From NCBI GenBank assembly GCA_965249725.1, contig CBDFMQ010000002.1, forward strand, positions 416,001 to 480,000: a DNA stretch of 64,000 bases. Reading direction: 5' to 3'. Shown here piece by piece: positions 30,842 through 42,478 of this stretch. This DNA is from Longimicrobiales bacterium (GTDB lineage: Bacteria; Gemmatimonadota; Gemmatimonadetes; Longimicrobiales; Gaopeijiaceae). Within the stretch, counting starts at the first letter, position 1. Every line of letters begins with the position of its first letter. The position numbers were made by a program, and so were the translations under genes. The notes under the pieces were generated by a model. It did not search any database and was not told the DNA's origin. It saw nothing but the letters and a program-made list of their open reading frames with translations.

Positions 30842-32074
30842 TCAGGCTTCCTTCTTCTGCTCCTCTGGATGGAGCACGAGAAGCGGCGGGACATCCTTGT
30901 CCACGCAATCCGACGTGACGACTACCTCGCGCACATCGGTCCGTGAGGGGACCTCGAACATGACGTCGCGCATGAAGTCCTCGATGACCGAACGCAGACC
31001 GCGCGCGCCCGTACCCCTGTCGAGGGTCTTCTGCGCGATTCTGCGCAGAGCTTCCTTGTCGAACGTCAGACCGATGCCTTCGAGCTCGAACATCTTGGTG
31101 TACTGCTTGACCAAGGCGTTCTTGGGCTCCGACAGGATCTCCACAAGCGAATCCTCGTCGAGGTCGCTGAGGTTCACCGTTACCGGCAGGCGCCCCACCA
31201 ACTCCGGAATCAGTCCGAACCGCTGAAGGTCCTCGGGCTCGACGTAGAGGAGCAGCTCGTCGCGCTTCTCGTCGGAGGCCTTCTCTCCGAATCCGATGCG
31301 CCGCTGGCCCAGCCGGCCCTCCACGATCTGCTCCAGGCCGTCGAAGGCCCCGCCGCAGATAAAGAGGATGTTCTTGGTGTCGAGCTGGATGTACTCCTGC
31401 TGAGGGTGCTTCCGTCCGCCCTGCGGTGGTACCGAGGCGACCGTTCCCTCCAGGATCTTGAGCAGCGCCTGTTGCACACCCTCACCCGAGACGTCCCTCG
31501 TAATGGACGGGTTCTCGGACTTGCGGGCGATCTTGTCCATTTCGTCGATGTAGACGATGCCCCGTTCGCACTCGGCCACGTTGAAGTCTGCCGCCTGCAG
31601 CAGCCGAACCAGAATGTTCTCCACGTCTTCGCCCACGTACCCCGCTTCGGTGAGCGTCGTGGCGTCGGCGATGGTGAAGGGGACGTGCAGGATCCGGGCG
31701 AGGGTCTGCGCGAGCAGCGTCTTGCCCACTCCGGTCGGCCCCATGAGCAGGATGTTCGCCTTGTCGATCTCGACCTCGTCGAGAACGCCCCCGTGGTTGA
31801 CCCGTTTGTAGTGGTTGTAGACCGCGACGGAGAGGGCACGCTTTGCCAGTTCCTGACCGATCACGTACTGGTCGAGAACGTCTTTGATCTCCTGCGGAGT
31901 CGGATTGGGAACTACGGATTCCGCAGCCTCTCGCTCTTCTTCCTCAGCGAGGATTTCGTTGCAGAGCGAGATGCACTCGTTGCAGATGTATACGGACGGT
32001 CCGGAGATGAACTTCTTGACGCTCTCCTTGGACTTTCCGCAGAAGCTGCAGCGCAGATGTTTGTCACTGGACAT
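30842..32074 (-). CDS. clpX: Clp protease ATP-binding subunit
   Basis: CSFC..CNEC zinc finger, [21 protein letters not shown] loop. Confidence 0.98.
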   Translation of the reverse strand: MSSDKHLRCSFCGKSKESVKKFISGPSVYICNECISLCNEILAEEEEREAAESVVPNPTPQEIKDVLDQYVIGQELAKRALSVAVYNHYKRVNHGGVLDEVEIDKANILLMGPTGVGKTLLAQTLARILHVPFTIADATTLTEAGYVGEDVENILVRLLQAADFNVAECERGIVYIDEMDKIARKSENPSITRDVSGEGVQQALLKILEGTVASVPPQGGRKHPQQEYIQLDTKNILFICGGAFDGLEQIVEGRLGQRRIGFGEKASDEKRDELLLYVEPEDLQRFGLIPELVGRLPVTVNLSDLDEDSLVEILSEPKNALVKQYTKMFELEGIGLTFDKEALRRIAQKTLDRGTGARGLRSVIEDFMRDVMFEVPSRTDVREVVVTSDCVDKDVPPLLVLHPEEQKKEA

Positions 32075-32096
32075 AGGCTTCTATCCCTCCGCAGTT

Positions 32097-32750
32097 CTAC
32101 TCTTCGTCTTCGTCGGTGGGCCCGTCAACCTTTTCGTGCGAGTCGGTCGGCTTTCCGCCGTTCGCCAAGGGCCCCTCGAGAATCCGGTCGATCAGGCCGT
32201 ATTCCAGCGCCTCTTCCGGGCTCATGAAGCGATCTCGGTCCACATCGTCGGCCACACGCTCGAGGCTCTGCCCCGTGTGCTTGGCCATGATCTGGTTCAG
32301 CCGCTGCCTGGTGTAGAGGATCTCCTTCGCCGCGATCTCGATGTCGGCGGCCGTGCCCTGCGATCCGCCGGACGGCTGGTGGATCATGATCCGGGCGTTG
32401 GGCAGCGCCGCGCGCTTGCCCTTTTCGCCGGCGGCGACGAGCACGGCGGCCATCGACGCGGCGATACCCACGGCGAACGTGGAAACCGGCGCGCGCATGT
32501 GCTGGATCGTGTCGTAGATGGCCAACCCGGCGTAGACCCCGCCACCTGGCGAGTTCACGTAGATGTAGACGTCCCGCTCCGGGTCCTCGGCATCGAGGAA
32601 CAACAACTGGGCGATGATGATGTTGGCCACGTTGTCGTCGATGGGCGTGCCCAGGAAGATGATGCGGTCCATGAGGAGGCGGCTGAAGATGTCATAGCTC
32701 CGCTCCCCGCGGCTCGTCCGCTCGATGACATACGGTGGGTAGATCGCCAT
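32097..32750 (-). CDS. clpP: Clp protease proteolytic subunit
   Basis: DIFSRLL, NSPGG, AASMA, MIHQP, DRD; start reassigned to ATG 32750. Confidence 0.97.
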   Translation of the reverse strand: MAIYPPYVIERTSRGERSYDIFSRLLMDRIIFLGTPIDDNVANIIIAQLLFLDAEDPERDVYIYVNSPGGGVYAGLAIYDTIQHMRAPVSTFAVGIAASMAAVLVAAGEKGKRAALPNARIMIHQPSGGSQGTAADIEIAAKEILYTRQRLNQIMAKHTGQSLERVADDVDRDRFMSPEEALEYGLIDRILEGPLANGGKPTDSHEKVDGPTDEDEE

Positions 32751-32778
32751 TGGTTCTGATTGCTCCGTGGTTGTCGGC

Positions 32779-34041
32779 TCAGTTCGGTACGATTTCCGAC
32801 TGTTCTTTGAGGAAGTCGAAGACCTTACGCTCCGTGATCTCTCTCTCCAGTGCTTCCAATCTCTCGCTTTTCTGGAGATTGGCGTAGACCTTGGCCGGAT
32901 TCTCTCCCGCCTTCTCAGCGATTTCTTCGATCCGGGTGTCCAGTTCCTCCTCGGTTGCCTGAAGCCCCTCGCTGTCCGAAACCCGTTCAATTACCAGGAT
33001 TCGCTTGACCGCCAACTCCGCCTGAGGCGTGATCTGCTCCTTGGCTTCCTGCCACTTCTCCGGGGGGACCTCCTCCGGGTCTCCGAGCAGCGATTCGACG
33101 TAGCGATCGACCATCGACACCGGCACGGTGAAGGGATTCGCCTCGACGATCGAGTCCAGGAGCTTGCCCCGGACCACGCCCTCCGCTTGATCCTCCGCCT
33201 CACGCTCCAGGTCCGAACGCACCTTTGTCGAGAGATCGTCCAGCCCCTCGAAGTCTCCCAGGTTCTTCGCGAAGTCGTCGTTCAACTCCGGAATCTCCAG
33301 GTGACTTCGCGAGGCGAGGCGAATACGGAGTTGCTCCTCGTCACCGCGCCGCTCCTCGTTGGGGAAGTCGTCCGGGAAGCGCACGACGAACTCGCCGCTC
33401 CCCCCGAAGTCGAGCGACTTGATGGCCTCCTCGATGTCCGGAATGGCGTCCCCTCGACCTAGCACGAACTCGTACGGTTGCGTCACCCCCTCGCCATCCT
33501 CCTCCATCCGTTCGATCTCGACCCCGACCAGGTTGCCTTCCTCGGGCCGTCCGTCTTCCAACGCCTCCCAAGTGCCGTTCTGTTCCTGAAGGCGCTCCAA
33601 GACCTGCTGCAGCTTCTCATCGATCCCCTCTATGTCCGGGCGCTCCACCTTGAAGCCGCCCAGCCTGGAGATGTCGATCTCCGGCCGGACATCGAACGAA
33701 ATGGAGAAGGTGAGGTCTTCCTCCGGTTCGTACTGTACCTTCCCGACCTCCCCTTCGGAGATGGGGTTGAGCTCGTTCTGGTTGAGCGCCTCGCGGTAGG
33801 CATCCCCGATCAACTTGTCGAGCGCCTCCCGGTTCAGGGCGGGCCCATACTTCTGCTCAACGACTTTGGCCGGCACCCGTCCCTTGCGGAACCCCGGCAG
33901 TTTGAGCCGCGAGGCGAGCTCTCCCGTGATGCGGCGCCGTTCGGTCTGAACGACGTCCGCGGGCACGGTGACGTTCATGGTGCGGCGCCAGCGCTCGCCT
34001 TCCTCCACCGAGATCCGCAGCTGTGTTCCGTCGATAGCCAT
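32779..34041 (-). CDS. tig: Trigger factor
   Basis: PGFRKGRVP ribosome-binding motif; FKBP-like segment; upstream of clpP. Confidence 0.95.
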   Translation of the reverse strand: MAIDGTQLRISVEEGERWRRTMNVTVPADVVQTERRRITGELASRLKLPGFRKGRVPAKVVEQKYGPALNREALDKLIGDAYREALNQNELNPISEGEVGKVQYEPEEDLTFSISFDVRPEIDISRLGGFKVERPDIEGIDEKLQQVLERLQEQNGTWEALEDGRPEEGNLVGVEIERMEEDGEGVTQPYEFVLGRGDAIPDIEEAIKSLDFGGSGEFVVRFPDDFPNEERRGDEEQLRIRLASRSHLEIPELNDDFAKNLGDFEGLDDLSTKVRSDLEREAEDQAEGVVRGKLLDSIVEANPFTVPVSMVDRYVESLLGDPEEVPPEKWQEAKEQITPQAELAVKRILVIERVSDSEGLQATEEELDTRIEEIAEKAGENPAKVYANLQKSERLEALEREITERKVFDFLKEQSEIVPN

Positions 34042-34081
34042 CTATACTCAATCCGTCAAGAAAGAACCGTACAAGGCCGAA

Positions 34082-34165
34082 TGCGAAAGGGGGGACTCGA
34101 ACCCCCACGGCATTTGAGCCACAGGATCCTAAATCCTGCGCGTCTACCAATTCCGCCACTTTCGC
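34082..34165 (-). tRNA. tRNA-Leu(TAG); CCA not encoded
   Basis: Acceptor stem GCGAAAG/CTTTCGC; anticodon arm CAGGA-TT-TAG-GA-TCCTG; long variable arm; GTTCGAG T loop. Confidence 0.96.
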
Positions 34166-34279
34166 CAGTATTGTCGCCGAAAATCGGGTATTTTGCCGAA
34201 TTAGTGAAGATAACCGACCCCCAAAATGCCATCAACAGATGGGCGTTCTAGGGTGATGGGAAGACCTCAACCGAAGGGT

Positions 34280-35824
34280 CTAATTGGCGACTGGTATGTG
34301 GAAGACGCGGGGCGTACCGGTGGCTGCCTGCACCCGAAGCGTGACGATGTCACCCCGGTCCACGTCGGCCATGAGGCGCCGCACGTCAGAGGCGTCCTCG
34401 ACCGGTTGTCGGTTGATCTCGAGCACCTTGTAGCCGGCGCCCAAGCCCCTGCGGGCTGCGGGACCGTTCACTTGGACGTCGGTGATGGCCGCACCACCGA
34501 CCTCGCGGAAGCCGAAGCTGGACGCGAATTCACGCGTCATGTTCTCGATGCGTATGCCGAGCTTGTCGTCCATGCGCTCTTCCTCGCGCACCGGGGCGGC
34601 GGCGACCTCGACGGGCTCGCTGTTCAGCGTGGCCTCACCTAGACGAACGTTGATCGTCCGAGGACGGCCGTTGCGATAGACCGTCACGTCGATGCGATCA
34701 CCGGGACGCTTACGTGCGATGCTCTGCTGCAGCTGCCCGGTGCGTCCGACCTGCTGATCGTCGATGGCCACGATCACGTCGTACGCCATGAGCCCGGACT
34801 CCTCGGCAGGCCCGTCCGGCGTGATCTGTGCCACTTCCACGCCGGAAACAGTGGGCAGACCGTAGGTCTCGGCCGATATCGCGTCGATGGGGGTCATGGC
34901 GATACCAAGCCAGGCTCTGCGCACGCGCCCGTACTCGACCAGATCTTCCATCACGCGCCGCGCCAGGTCGATGGGGATGGCGAAGCCGTATCCCTGATAG
35001 AACCCGGTCCTGCTGGCGATGGCCGAGTTGATGCCGACCACCTGACCGCGGAGGTTCACCATAGGCCCGCCGGAGTTGCCCGGATTGATTACGGCGTCCG
35101 TCTGGATGAAGTCCTCGATGGCGAACCCTCTGGCATCGCGCGTCTCGGGGTTCTCCTGGAGCTCGCGTTGCAGGAGGTTCAGCGGACGTCCGAGGGCGCT
35201 TACGATGCCCACCGTGACCGTGTAGTCCAACGGACGACTCGTGCCCCCGAATCCGGGGTTGCCGATCGCCACGATCCACTCGCCCACACGCAGCTCGTCG
35301 GAGCTTCCAAAGCTCAGGCTGCTGAGATCGTCCGCGTCGATCTTGATGACCGCCACGTCCGTGAACGGATCCCGCCCGACCAGAGCAGCAGGGAAGGAAC
35401 GGCGGTCCTGTAGGAACACCGTCAATGCGCTCGCCTCAGCGACCACGTGGTTGTTCGTGAGAATGTACCCGTCGCTCGAGACGATGAACCCGCTTCCACC
35501 CGATACCTGGTCGGGCCGATCCCGCTGGTCCTGTTCCGGTAAGTTCCGGAACAGCCTGCTCGGCTCCTGAGCCGTCTGGGCCTGCCTCCGAGCCTCGATC
35601 CTCACCACGGCCGGCGTCACCATGTCCGAGACGTTGACGAACGCATCGCTCAGATCCAGAGCAGGCTGAACCGCATCGACCGGAACCTGAGGCTCCGTCT
35701 CGATGACCGGCATCGAGTGCTTCACGCCGGTCCACCCGAGGGTCGAGGCGATGCCCAGCCCGAACAGAGAAGCCACCGTCGAGAAGAACACGATCTTCAT
35801 CTTCGCGCGCAGAGGATCATACAT
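34280..35824 (-). CDS. HtrA/DegP-family serine protease with two PDZ domains (start uncertain)
   Basis: GSGFI, TNNHV, DVAVIK, TDAVINPGNSGG. Confidence 0.93.
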   Translation of the reverse strand: MYDPLRAKMKIVFFSTVASLFGLGIASTLGWTGVKHSMPVIETEPQVPVDAVQPALDLSDAFVNVSDMVTPAVVRIEARRQAQTAQEPSRLFRNLPEQDQRDRPDQVSGGSGFIVSSDGYILTNNHVVAEASALTVFLQDRRSFPAALVGRDPFTDVAVIKIDADDLSSLSFGSSDELRVGEWIVAIGNPGFGGTSRPLDYTVTVGIVSALGRPLNLLQRELQENPETRDARGFAIEDFIQTDAVINPGNSGGPMVNLRGQVVGINSAIASRTGFYQGYGFAIPIDLARRVMEDLVEYGRVRRAWLGIAMTPIDAISAETYGLPTVSGVEVAQITPDGPAEESGLMAYDVIVAIDDQQVGRTGQLQQSIARKRPGDRIDVTVYRNGRPRTINVRLGEATLNSEPVEVAAAPVREEERMDDKLGIRIENMTREFASSFGFREVGGAAITDVQVNGPAARRGLGAGYKVLEINRQPVEDASDVRRLMADVDRGDIVTLRVQAATGTPRVFHIPVAN

Positions 35825-35991
35825 ATCAAGCAGTTCCTTAAGTCCGGTTTTGATCGAGTGTTGCCGCGAATCCGACACACGCCCGTACTACCCAAAAGGC
35901 CGACCCGACGGTCCCGCGGCGTTTTCCAACGACTCTGATGAAGCTGCAACCGATTTGGTTGCTTACCATTCCGCCCAAGCCAGATGCGAGA

Positions 35992-36089
35992 GGTGAGGTT
36001 CAGGGTCTCCCGGCGAACCCGTCCGGCGCGCAGCGCCGGAGCGCAGCGTGGGTAGCAGCGTGGGTAAGCGGGAGTCCCTGAACCTCACC
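35992..36089. repeat. 21-bp inverted repeat enclosing short internal repeats, downstream of dnaK
   Basis: GGTGAGGTTCAGGGTCTCCCG ... CGGGAGTCCCTGAACCTCACC, 20/21 complementary. Confidence 0.85.
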
Positions 36090-36094
36090 GCGAC

Positions 36095-38038
36095 TTACGC
36101 GTCATCCACGATCTCGTAGTCCGCCTCGACCACTTCCTCCTCTTCCGCCTCGCCTTCGGCGGTCTCGCCCTCGGCCTCACCGGCCTCGGCGCCCTCACCG
36201 GCTTCGCCCTCTTCGGCGGCGTCGGTTTCGGCGGCCTGCGACTGGTACATCTCCTGGCCGGCCGCACTGAAGGCCTGCATCAGCTCGTCACGGGCCGAGT
36301 TGAACGCCGCTGCGTCGTCGCCCTTCAGGGCCTCCTTCGCGGCCTCGACGGCCTGGTCGAGACGCTCCTTGGTGCCCTCGGAGACCTGATCGCCCCACTC
36401 CTCGGAGTCCTTCTCCACCTGATAGACCAGAGAGTCGAGCTGATTCCGGGCCTCGACCTTCTCTCTACGCTGTTCGTCCTCGTCGGCGTGGGACTCGGCG
36501 TCCTTCACCATCTTGTCGATCTCGGTGTCGCTGAGTCCGCTGGACGACTCGATGCGGATCTTCTGCTCCTTGCCGGTGGCCTTGTCCTGAGCCGACACGT
36601 GCAGGATTCCGTTCGCGTCGATGTCGAACGTGACCTCCACCTGGGGCATGCCCCGGGGTGCCGGTGGAATGCCCGTGAGCTGGAACTTGCCGATGGTCTT
36701 GTTGTCCACCGCCATCTTCCGCTCGCCCTGGAGAACGTGGATCTCCACCGTGGTCTGATTGTCCTCCGCCGTGGAGAAGATCTCGGCCTTCTCGGTCGGG
36801 ATGGTCGTGTTCCGCTCGATCAGCGCCGTCATGACACCACCGAGCGTCTCGATGCCAAGCGACAGCGGCGTCACGTCCAGCAGTAGGACGTCGGTCACGT
36901 CACCGGCGAGCACGCCACCCTGGATGGACGCACCAACTCCGACGACCTCGTCGGGGTTCACGCCCTTGTGGGGATCCTTGCCGAAGAACTCGGTCACCAC
37001 CTCTTGGATCTTCGGAATCCTGGTCGAACCACCCACCAGGATGACCTCGTCGATCTCTGAGGGGTCGAGCCCCGCGTCTTCGAGCGCCTGCTTCATGGGC
37101 GGGATCGTGCGCTGCACGAGGTCGTCCATGAGCTGCTCGAGCTTGGCGCGGGTCAGCGAGTAGTTGAGGTGCTTGGGGCCCTCTTGGGTCGCCGTGATGA
37201 ACGGCAGGTTGATGTCGGTCTGCTGCGTCGAGGACAGTTCCATCTTGGCCTTCTCCGACGCCTCCTTGAGGCGCTGGAGAGCCATGGCGTCCTTGGACAG
37301 ATCGATGCCCTGGTCCTTCTTGAATTCGGTGACGAGCCAGTTGATGATCCTCTGGTCGAAGTCGTCACCACCGAGGTGCGTGTCACCGTTCGTGGACTTC
37401 ACCTCGAAGACGCCGTCGCCCAGCTCCAGCACGGAGATGTCGTACGTACCGCCGCCGAGATCGAAGACGGCGATCTTCTCGTCCGCCTTCTTGTCGAGCC
37501 CGTACGCCAGTGCGGCGGCGGTGGGCTCGTTGATGATGCGAAGGACCTCGAGGCCGGCGACCTTACCGGCGTCCTTGGTGGCCTGTCGCTGCGCGTCGTT
37601 GAAGTAGGCCGGCACCGTGATCACGGCCTGGTCGACTTTCATTCCCAGGTAGTCCTCGGCGGTCTGCTTCATCTTCTGCAGGATCATCGCCGAGATCTCG
37701 GGAGGCGTGAACGTCTTGTCGGCGTTGGGGACCTTTACCTCGACACGGCCCTTGGCGTCGGTCTTCACGTCGTAGGGGACCAGCTTCTGCTCCTCGGTCA
37801 CCTCGGTGCCCTTGCGGCCCATGAAGCGTTTGATGGAGAAGATGGTGTTCTCCGGGTTCGTGATGGCCTGTCTGCGTGCCACCTGACCCACGAGACGCTC
37901 ACCGTCCTTCGTGAAGGCCACGACGGATGGGGTAGTGCGTCCGCCCTCCGAGTTGGGGATGACGACGGGCTCGCCCCCCTCCATGACGGCGACTACCGAG
38001 TTGGTCGTCCCCAGGTCGATCCCGATTACCTTTCCCAT
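36095..38038 (-). CDS. dnaK: Hsp70 chaperone DnaK
   Basis: [23 protein letters not shown]; acidic tail. Confidence 0.99.
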   Translation of the reverse strand: MGKVIGIDLGTTNSVVAVMEGGEPVVIPNSEGGRTTPSVVAFTKDGERLVGQVARRQAITNPENTIFSIKRFMGRKGTEVTEEQKLVPYDVKTDAKGRVEVKVPNADKTFTPPEISAMILQKMKQTAEDYLGMKVDQAVITVPAYFNDAQRQATKDAGKVAGLEVLRIINEPTAAALAYGLDKKADEKIAVFDLGGGTYDISVLELGDGVFEVKSTNGDTHLGGDDFDQRIINWLVTEFKKDQGIDLSKDAMALQRLKEASEKAKMELSSTQQTDINLPFITATQEGPKHLNYSLTRAKLEQLMDDLVQRTIPPMKQALEDAGLDPSEIDEVILVGGSTRIPKIQEVVTEFFGKDPHKGVNPDEVVGVGASIQGGVLAGDVTDVLLLDVTPLSLGIETLGGVMTALIERNTTIPTEKAEIFSTAEDNQTTVEIHVLQGERKMAVDNKTIGKFQLTGIPPAPRGMPQVEVTFDIDANGILHVSAQDKATGKEQKIRIESSSGLSDTEIDKMVKDAESHADEDEQRREKVEARNQLDSLVYQVEKDSEEWGDQVSEGTKERLDQAVEAAKEALKGDDAAAFNSARDELMQAFSAAGQEMYQSQAAETDAAEEGEAGEGAEAGEAEGETAEGEAEEEEVVEADYEIVDDA

Positions 38039-38090
38039 GTCTGCTCCTTTATGGGCCTAACGTGTCAGCATGTTCTCCTGGCACGGCCTG

Positions 38091-38106
38091 TGCAATGATC
38101 ATGCCC
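38091..38106 (-). promoter_or_regulatory. Putative sigma54 promoter of dnaK
   Basis: Minus-strand GGGCATGATCATTGCA (GG-N10-GC). Confidence 0.55.
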
Positions 38107-38314
38107 GGTAGGAGGCCCCAAAAGCCGCCAAACTGGCGCCTTTCTGGCAGAAGCCTGCCAAAATGGCGCATCTCTGTGTCATCCTCCCATGACTCCCCGG
38201 TGCCGAGTGGACATTGGCCGCTTTGGCGAAGGGCCCCGCAGACCGTTAGAGTGGCCCGCGCAGTACGCCGTCTTCGGCGGTGGCGCGCACCCTCCTACGA
38301 ACGGGATCCGGGCG

Positions 38315-39835
38315 ATGAAGCGGCCCCCAGCGGGCATCCTCTTCTTGTGGACCGCGGCGGCGATGCTCCTGCTGACCGGGGCGACGTTGGCCGGGCGGTC
38401 GAGCGGCGGCCCGGCTGATGCGATCGCATCGGCGGCGGTCGTCCCCGCTCCTTCCGTCGTGACATCATCTGCGCCCCCGCCCACGCAGATCTCAGAGCTC
38501 GGCCGTGATCTGAACACCCCTTTGCTGGACCGGGCACGATCCCTGGTCGGACTCGTCGTGCTCGCGTTCGTCGCGTGGCTGCTGAGTACAGACCGGAAGA
38601 CCATTCCCTGGCGTGTGGTGATCTGGGGGATGGCGCTGCAACTGCTCTTCGCGGTCTTCATTCTGAAGACGCCGGTCGGCGGGGTCGTTTTCGACGGCCT
38701 GAACCGGATCGTTATGGCCCTGCTCGGCTTCACCGTCGACGGCGCCCGCTTCATCTTCGGCAATCTGGTCTGGGACAACGTCCCGGTAGGTGAGGGGCCG
38801 GCGGGTGCGGCGGGGCAGGGTGTGTTCCGACCGACCGACGGGCAGGTGGCCAACGCCGGGGCGCTCTTCGCGTTCAACGTGCTGCCCACGATCATCTTCT
38901 TCTCGTCGCTCATGACCGTGCTGTATCACCTGGGGATCATGCAGTGGGTCGTGAAGGGCTTCGCCTGGGTCATGCAACGGACCATGCACACATCAGGGGC
39001 CGAGACGCTGTCCGCCGCCGGCAACATCTTCGTGGGGCAGACCGAGGCGCCTCTTCTGATCAAGCCCTTCATCGACCGCATGACCCGCTCGGAGATCATG
39101 GCGGTGATGACCGGGGGGTTCGCGACGGTGGCCGGCGGCGTATTGGCAGCCTACGTAGGGATGCTGGTCGCTTTCTTCCCGGATATAGCGGGACACCTCA
39201 TGGCAGCGTCGGTCATGTCGGCGCCCGCGGCTCTGGTGGTGGCGAAGCTGATGCACCCCGAGACGTCGGAGCCCGAGACGTCCGGCACTCTGGAGCTCAA
39301 GGTCGAACGTCCGGATCCCAACGTGATCGGAGCCGCGGCGCGGGGGGCGTCCGAAGGGCTGTACCTCGCCTTGAACGTGGGGGCCATGCTTTTGGCCTTC
39401 GTGGCTCTCGTGTTCATGTTTGACGGCATTCTCGGCTGGCTCGGCGGTCTGGTCGGGGTGGGCGGCCTTTCCCTTCAGGTCGTCCTCGGATGGCTGCTGT
39501 CACCCGTGGCCTGGATCATGGGAGTGGCTTGGGTAGACGCCGCCGAGGTGGGCGCATTGCTGGGCATGCGGACTGCCCTGAACGAGTTCTTCGCCTACCT
39601 CCAGTTGGCAGCGACGCTGGGGCAGGGCACCGACCTCCAGCCGCGATCGATCATCATCGCGGCCTACGCGCTCTCGGGTTTCGCCAACTTCTCGTCCATC
39701 GCGATCCAGATCGGCGGGATCGGCGGCATCGCCCCGTCTCGCAAGGACGACCTCGCGCAGATCGGGCTGCGGGCCATGATCGGCGGCACGATCGCCGCGT
39801 TCATGACGGCGACGGTGGCGGGGATGCTCCTGTGA
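38315..39835 (+). CDS. NupC/CNT nucleoside transporter
   Basis: LPTIIFFSSL, NIFVGQTEAPL, GFATVAGG, NEFFAY, GFANFSS; start probably 38315. Confidence 0.93.
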   Translation: MKRPPAGILFLWTAAAMLLLTGATLAGRSSGGPADAIASAAVVPAPSVVTSSAPPPTQISELGRDLNTPLLDRARSLVGLVVLAFVAWLLSTDRKTIPWRVVIWGMALQLLFAVFILKTPVGGVVFDGLNRIVMALLGFTVDGARFIFGNLVWDNVPVGEGPAGAAGQGVFRPTDGQVANAGALFAFNVLPTIIFFSSLMTVLYHLGIMQWVVKGFAWVMQRTMHTSGAETLSAAGNIFVGQTEAPLLIKPFIDRMTRSEIMAVMTGGFATVAGGVLAAYVGMLVAFFPDIAGHLMAASVMSAPAALVVAKLMHPETSEPETSGTLELKVERPDPNVIGAAARGASEGLYLALNVGAMLLAFVALVFMFDGILGWLGGLVGVGGLSLQVVLGWLLSPVAWIMGVAWVDAAEVGALLGMRTALNEFFAYLQLAATLGQGTDLQPRSIIIAAYALSGFANFSSIAIQIGGIGGIAPSRKDDLAQIGLRAMIGGTIAAFMTATVAGMLL

Positions 39836-40671
39836 GTGCGGTGCCCGACTTCGGGCCGGCGCAGGTCGAACAAGCAGCGCAAGCGCTGCACGAACGTCTC
39901 GACGGGGATCCCGAAGTGCTCGTGGTGCTGGGTTCAGGGCTGGCGAACGTTGCCGATCTGATCGAAGAGGCCGTGACCGTGGAGTTTGGTGAAGTGCCCG
40001 GCTTTCCAGGGACGTCGGTGGCCGGGCACTCCGGTCGTTACATCTTCGGCCGACTGGAAGGGCACGCGACGCTCGTCCAGGTCGGGCGTGTCCATGCCTA
40101 CGAGGGGCACTCCATGGATGTGGTCGTGGCGCCCATCCGGATCGCTTCGGCACTCGGAGTGCAGACCGTAGTCGTCACCAACGCGACCGGGGGCCTGCAC
40201 GCCGATATGGCTCCAGGGACCCTGGTACTCCTTGATGACCACATCAACCTGATGATCAGGAGCCCGTTGGCGGGGCCGGTCCGTGACGGCGAGGGTCGCT
40301 TTCCGGACATGAGCCAGCCATACGACCCGGGGCTGCAGGCGTCGGCGGTCCAGGTGGCGCTCAAGCTCGGCATCCCTCTGCGGCGGGGGACCTACGCTGG
40401 CGTGCTGGGGCCCAGCTATGAGACCCCGGCGGAGGTGCGCATGCTGGCTTCACTCGGGGCGGACGTGGTGGGAATGTCCACGGTGCCCGAGGTGATCACG
40501 GCCCAGGCGCTGGGGCTGAGGGTCTTGGGCTTCTCGGTGGTCACGAACCTTGCCTCAGGGTTGCGCGGGGGCGGAGAGACCTTGTCCCATGGGGAGGTAC
40601 TGGAGATGGGCGAGGGGGCGGCTGTGCATCTGGGGGCCATTCTGCGAGGGGTGCTGGGGTCACTGCCGTGA
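39832..40671 (+). CDS. Purine nucleoside phosphorylase (trimeric type)
   Basis: LGSGL, GHSG, GRVHAYEG, GPSYETPAE, GMSTVPE; GTGA overlap with the transporter gene. Confidence 0.93.
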   Translation: MSAVPDFGPAQVEQAAQALHERLDGDPEVLVVLGSGLANVADLIEEAVTVEFGEVPGFPGTSVAGHSGRYIFGRLEGHATLVQVGRVHAYEGHSMDVVVAPIRIASALGVQTVVVTNATGGLHADMAPGTLVLLDDHINLMIRSPLAGPVRDGEGRFPDMSQPYDPGLQASAVQVALKLGIPLRRGTYAGVLGPSYETPAEVRMLASLGADVVGMSTVPEVITAQALGLRVLGFSVVTNLASGLRGGGETLSHGEVLEMGEGAAVHLGAILRGVLGSLP

Positions 40672-40805
40672 GGGAATCGCCTCGGCGGTGAGTCGTGCGC
40701 GGGGCCGGTCGGAGTGAATCTCCTGACCGCAGAATCAGGCTTCCCCCGACTGGCCGGCGCCCTCACGGAGGGCCCCCTTCGCTCGGGGATGTGACCGGAG
40801 GGGCT

Positions 40806-41612
40806 TCAGCCCGAAGGGAACGCCGACACGAAGTGGTTGATCGGACCGTGACCGGATCCGAGCCCCGGGGCCGCCGCGAGGGCCCGGGCCACGAAGTCGA
40901 TCGCGGCGGCGCTGGCATCCGTCAGCGGTAGTCCGAGAGCCAGGCCCGCGGCCAGGGCGGCCGAAAGGGTACAGCCGGTGCCGTGACCGGCCGCAGTCTC
41001 GAGACGGGGGCGAGACCAGACGCGCTGCCCGTCTTCCGTGAGCAGCAGGTCGACTGCGTCCGCCCCTTCCAGGTGTCCGCCCTTGATCAGTGCCGTGCGG
41101 GCGCCCATGCCCAGCAGCTCCCGGGCCGCCGGTTCGAGGTCGTCCGGCCCTTCAATGCGTCGGCCGGTCAGGATCTCCGCCTCATGGAGGTTCGGGGTGA
41201 CCACCGTAGCCAGCGGGATCAAGCTGCCCCGGATGGCGTCCACCGCGTCGTCGTCAAGAAGCCGATGCCCGCTCGTGGAGACCATCACCGGATCGAGCAC
41301 ATAGTTGGAGAGGCCGTGGTGGCCGATGCGCTCCGCCACGGTCAGGACCAACTCGGCGGTGGCGAGCATTCCCGACTTCACGGCGGCGGGTGCCAGGTCG
41401 CCCACCACGGCGTCGATCTGTGATCGCACCACGTCTTCGGGGATGGCGTGCACGGCCTCGACCCCCTTGGTGTTCTGAGCCGTCACGGCGGTGACCGCGC
41501 TGCAGCCGAAGACCCCGTATGCGTGGAAGGTCTTGAGGTCCGCCTGGATTCCAGCGCCGCCGCCGCTGTCGCTCCCGGCGATTGTGAGGGCTACCGGAGG
41601 TGGGTTATGCAT
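40806..41612 (-). CDS. thiD: Hydroxymethylpyrimidine/phosphomethylpyrimidine kinase
   Basis: [33 protein letters not shown]. Confidence 0.95.
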   Translation of the reverse strand: MHNPPPVALTIAGSDSGGGAGIQADLKTFHAYGVFGCSAVTAVTAQNTKGVEAVHAIPEDVVRSQIDAVVGDLAPAAVKSGMLATAELVLTVAERIGHHGLSNYVLDPVMVSTSGHRLLDDDAVDAIRGSLIPLATVVTPNLHEAEILTGRRIEGPDDLEPAARELLGMGARTALIKGGHLEGADAVDLLLTEDGQRVWSRPRLETAAGHGTGCTLSAALAAGLALGLPLTDASAAAIDFVARALAAAPGLGSGHGPINHFVSAFPSG

Positions 41613-41674
41613 TTAGTCTACGGATGTGGTGGTCGATTTTCAGTTTCCTGACACGGTCCGAGGCCAATCTACTG

Positions 41675-42478
41675 TTGCCGAGCAAGAACAAGATACTCCT
41701 GGTCGAACGCCTGAAGACCCGAAAGGGCCGTCCCAAGGAGGGGCAGGTCCTGGTGGAGGGGGTGCGTTGCGTGCGCGAGGCATTGGCCGCGGAGGTGAAG
41801 GTTCGGTTCTTGGCGCGGTCTCCTCGGCTTCTGAAAACGGAGGCCGGAAGGACCCTCGCGGACGACATCTCGGCTCGAGGGTTGGCCGTGGACGAGGTCG
41901 CCGATGATGACCTCGAGCGCATGGCGGACACCGAACATCCGCAGGGCGTGCTTCTCGTTTGTGAAGAACCGAAGGGGGAACTGGCGCCTCCTTCCGCTTC
42001 GGCGACCGGGACGGGTGTGTCCGGCGGGCCGATTCTGCTTCTCGACGCCATCCAGGACCCCGGCAACCTCGGCACGCTCATCCGGGCGGCTCGGGCATTC
42101 GGCGTCTCGACGGTAGTGGCGCTCGACGGATCGGTCGATCCCTGGAATGCGAAGGCCGTACGGGCCTCGGCCGGGGCGAGCTTCCATGTGCCTGTCGTCC
42201 GGGCGCCATGGTCCGAGGTGGCCCCGTGGCTCGAGAGCCACCGGGTGCAAGTTCTGGCCGCCGATCCCGACGGGCGCGATGTTAGCCAGGTGGAGCCGAC
42301 GACCCCATGGGCGTTGGCGGTTGGCAACGAGGGAGCCGGCCTGCGATCCGAGATCGTGGCGTCCGCTTCGAGCAAAGTGGCCATCCCCATGGGGGCCGAC
42401 GCGGATTCCTTGAACGCCGGCGTGGCGGGTTCGATCCTGCTCTACGTTCTCACAACACGGGGGAGTGACGCTCCTTGA
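41675..42478 (+). CDS. TrmH/SpoU-family RNA methyltransferase (start uncertain)
   Basis: QDPGNLGTLIR, GNEGAG, SLNAGVAG. Confidence 0.9.
   Translation: MPSKNKILLVERLKTRKGRPKEGQVLVEGVRCVREALAAEVKVRFLARSPRLLKTEAGRTLADDISARGLAVDEVADDDLERMADTEHPQGVLLVCEEPKGELAPPSASATGTGVSGGPILLLDAIQDPGNLGTLIRAARAFGVSTVVALDGSVDPWNAKAVRASAGASFHVPVVRAPWSEVAPWLESHRVQVLAADPDGRDVSQVEPTTPWALAVGNEGAGLRSEIVASASSKVAIPMGADADSLNAGVAGSILLYVLTTRGSDAP

Noticed and set aside
32751..32990. Extended ClpP N-terminus
   Set aside because: Overlaps tig in another frame; ClpP homology starts at ATG 32750
34082..34165. tRNA-Leu as an integration site
   Set aside because: No duplicated 3' end and no foreign genes adjacent; tRNA-Leu next to tig is a common arrangement
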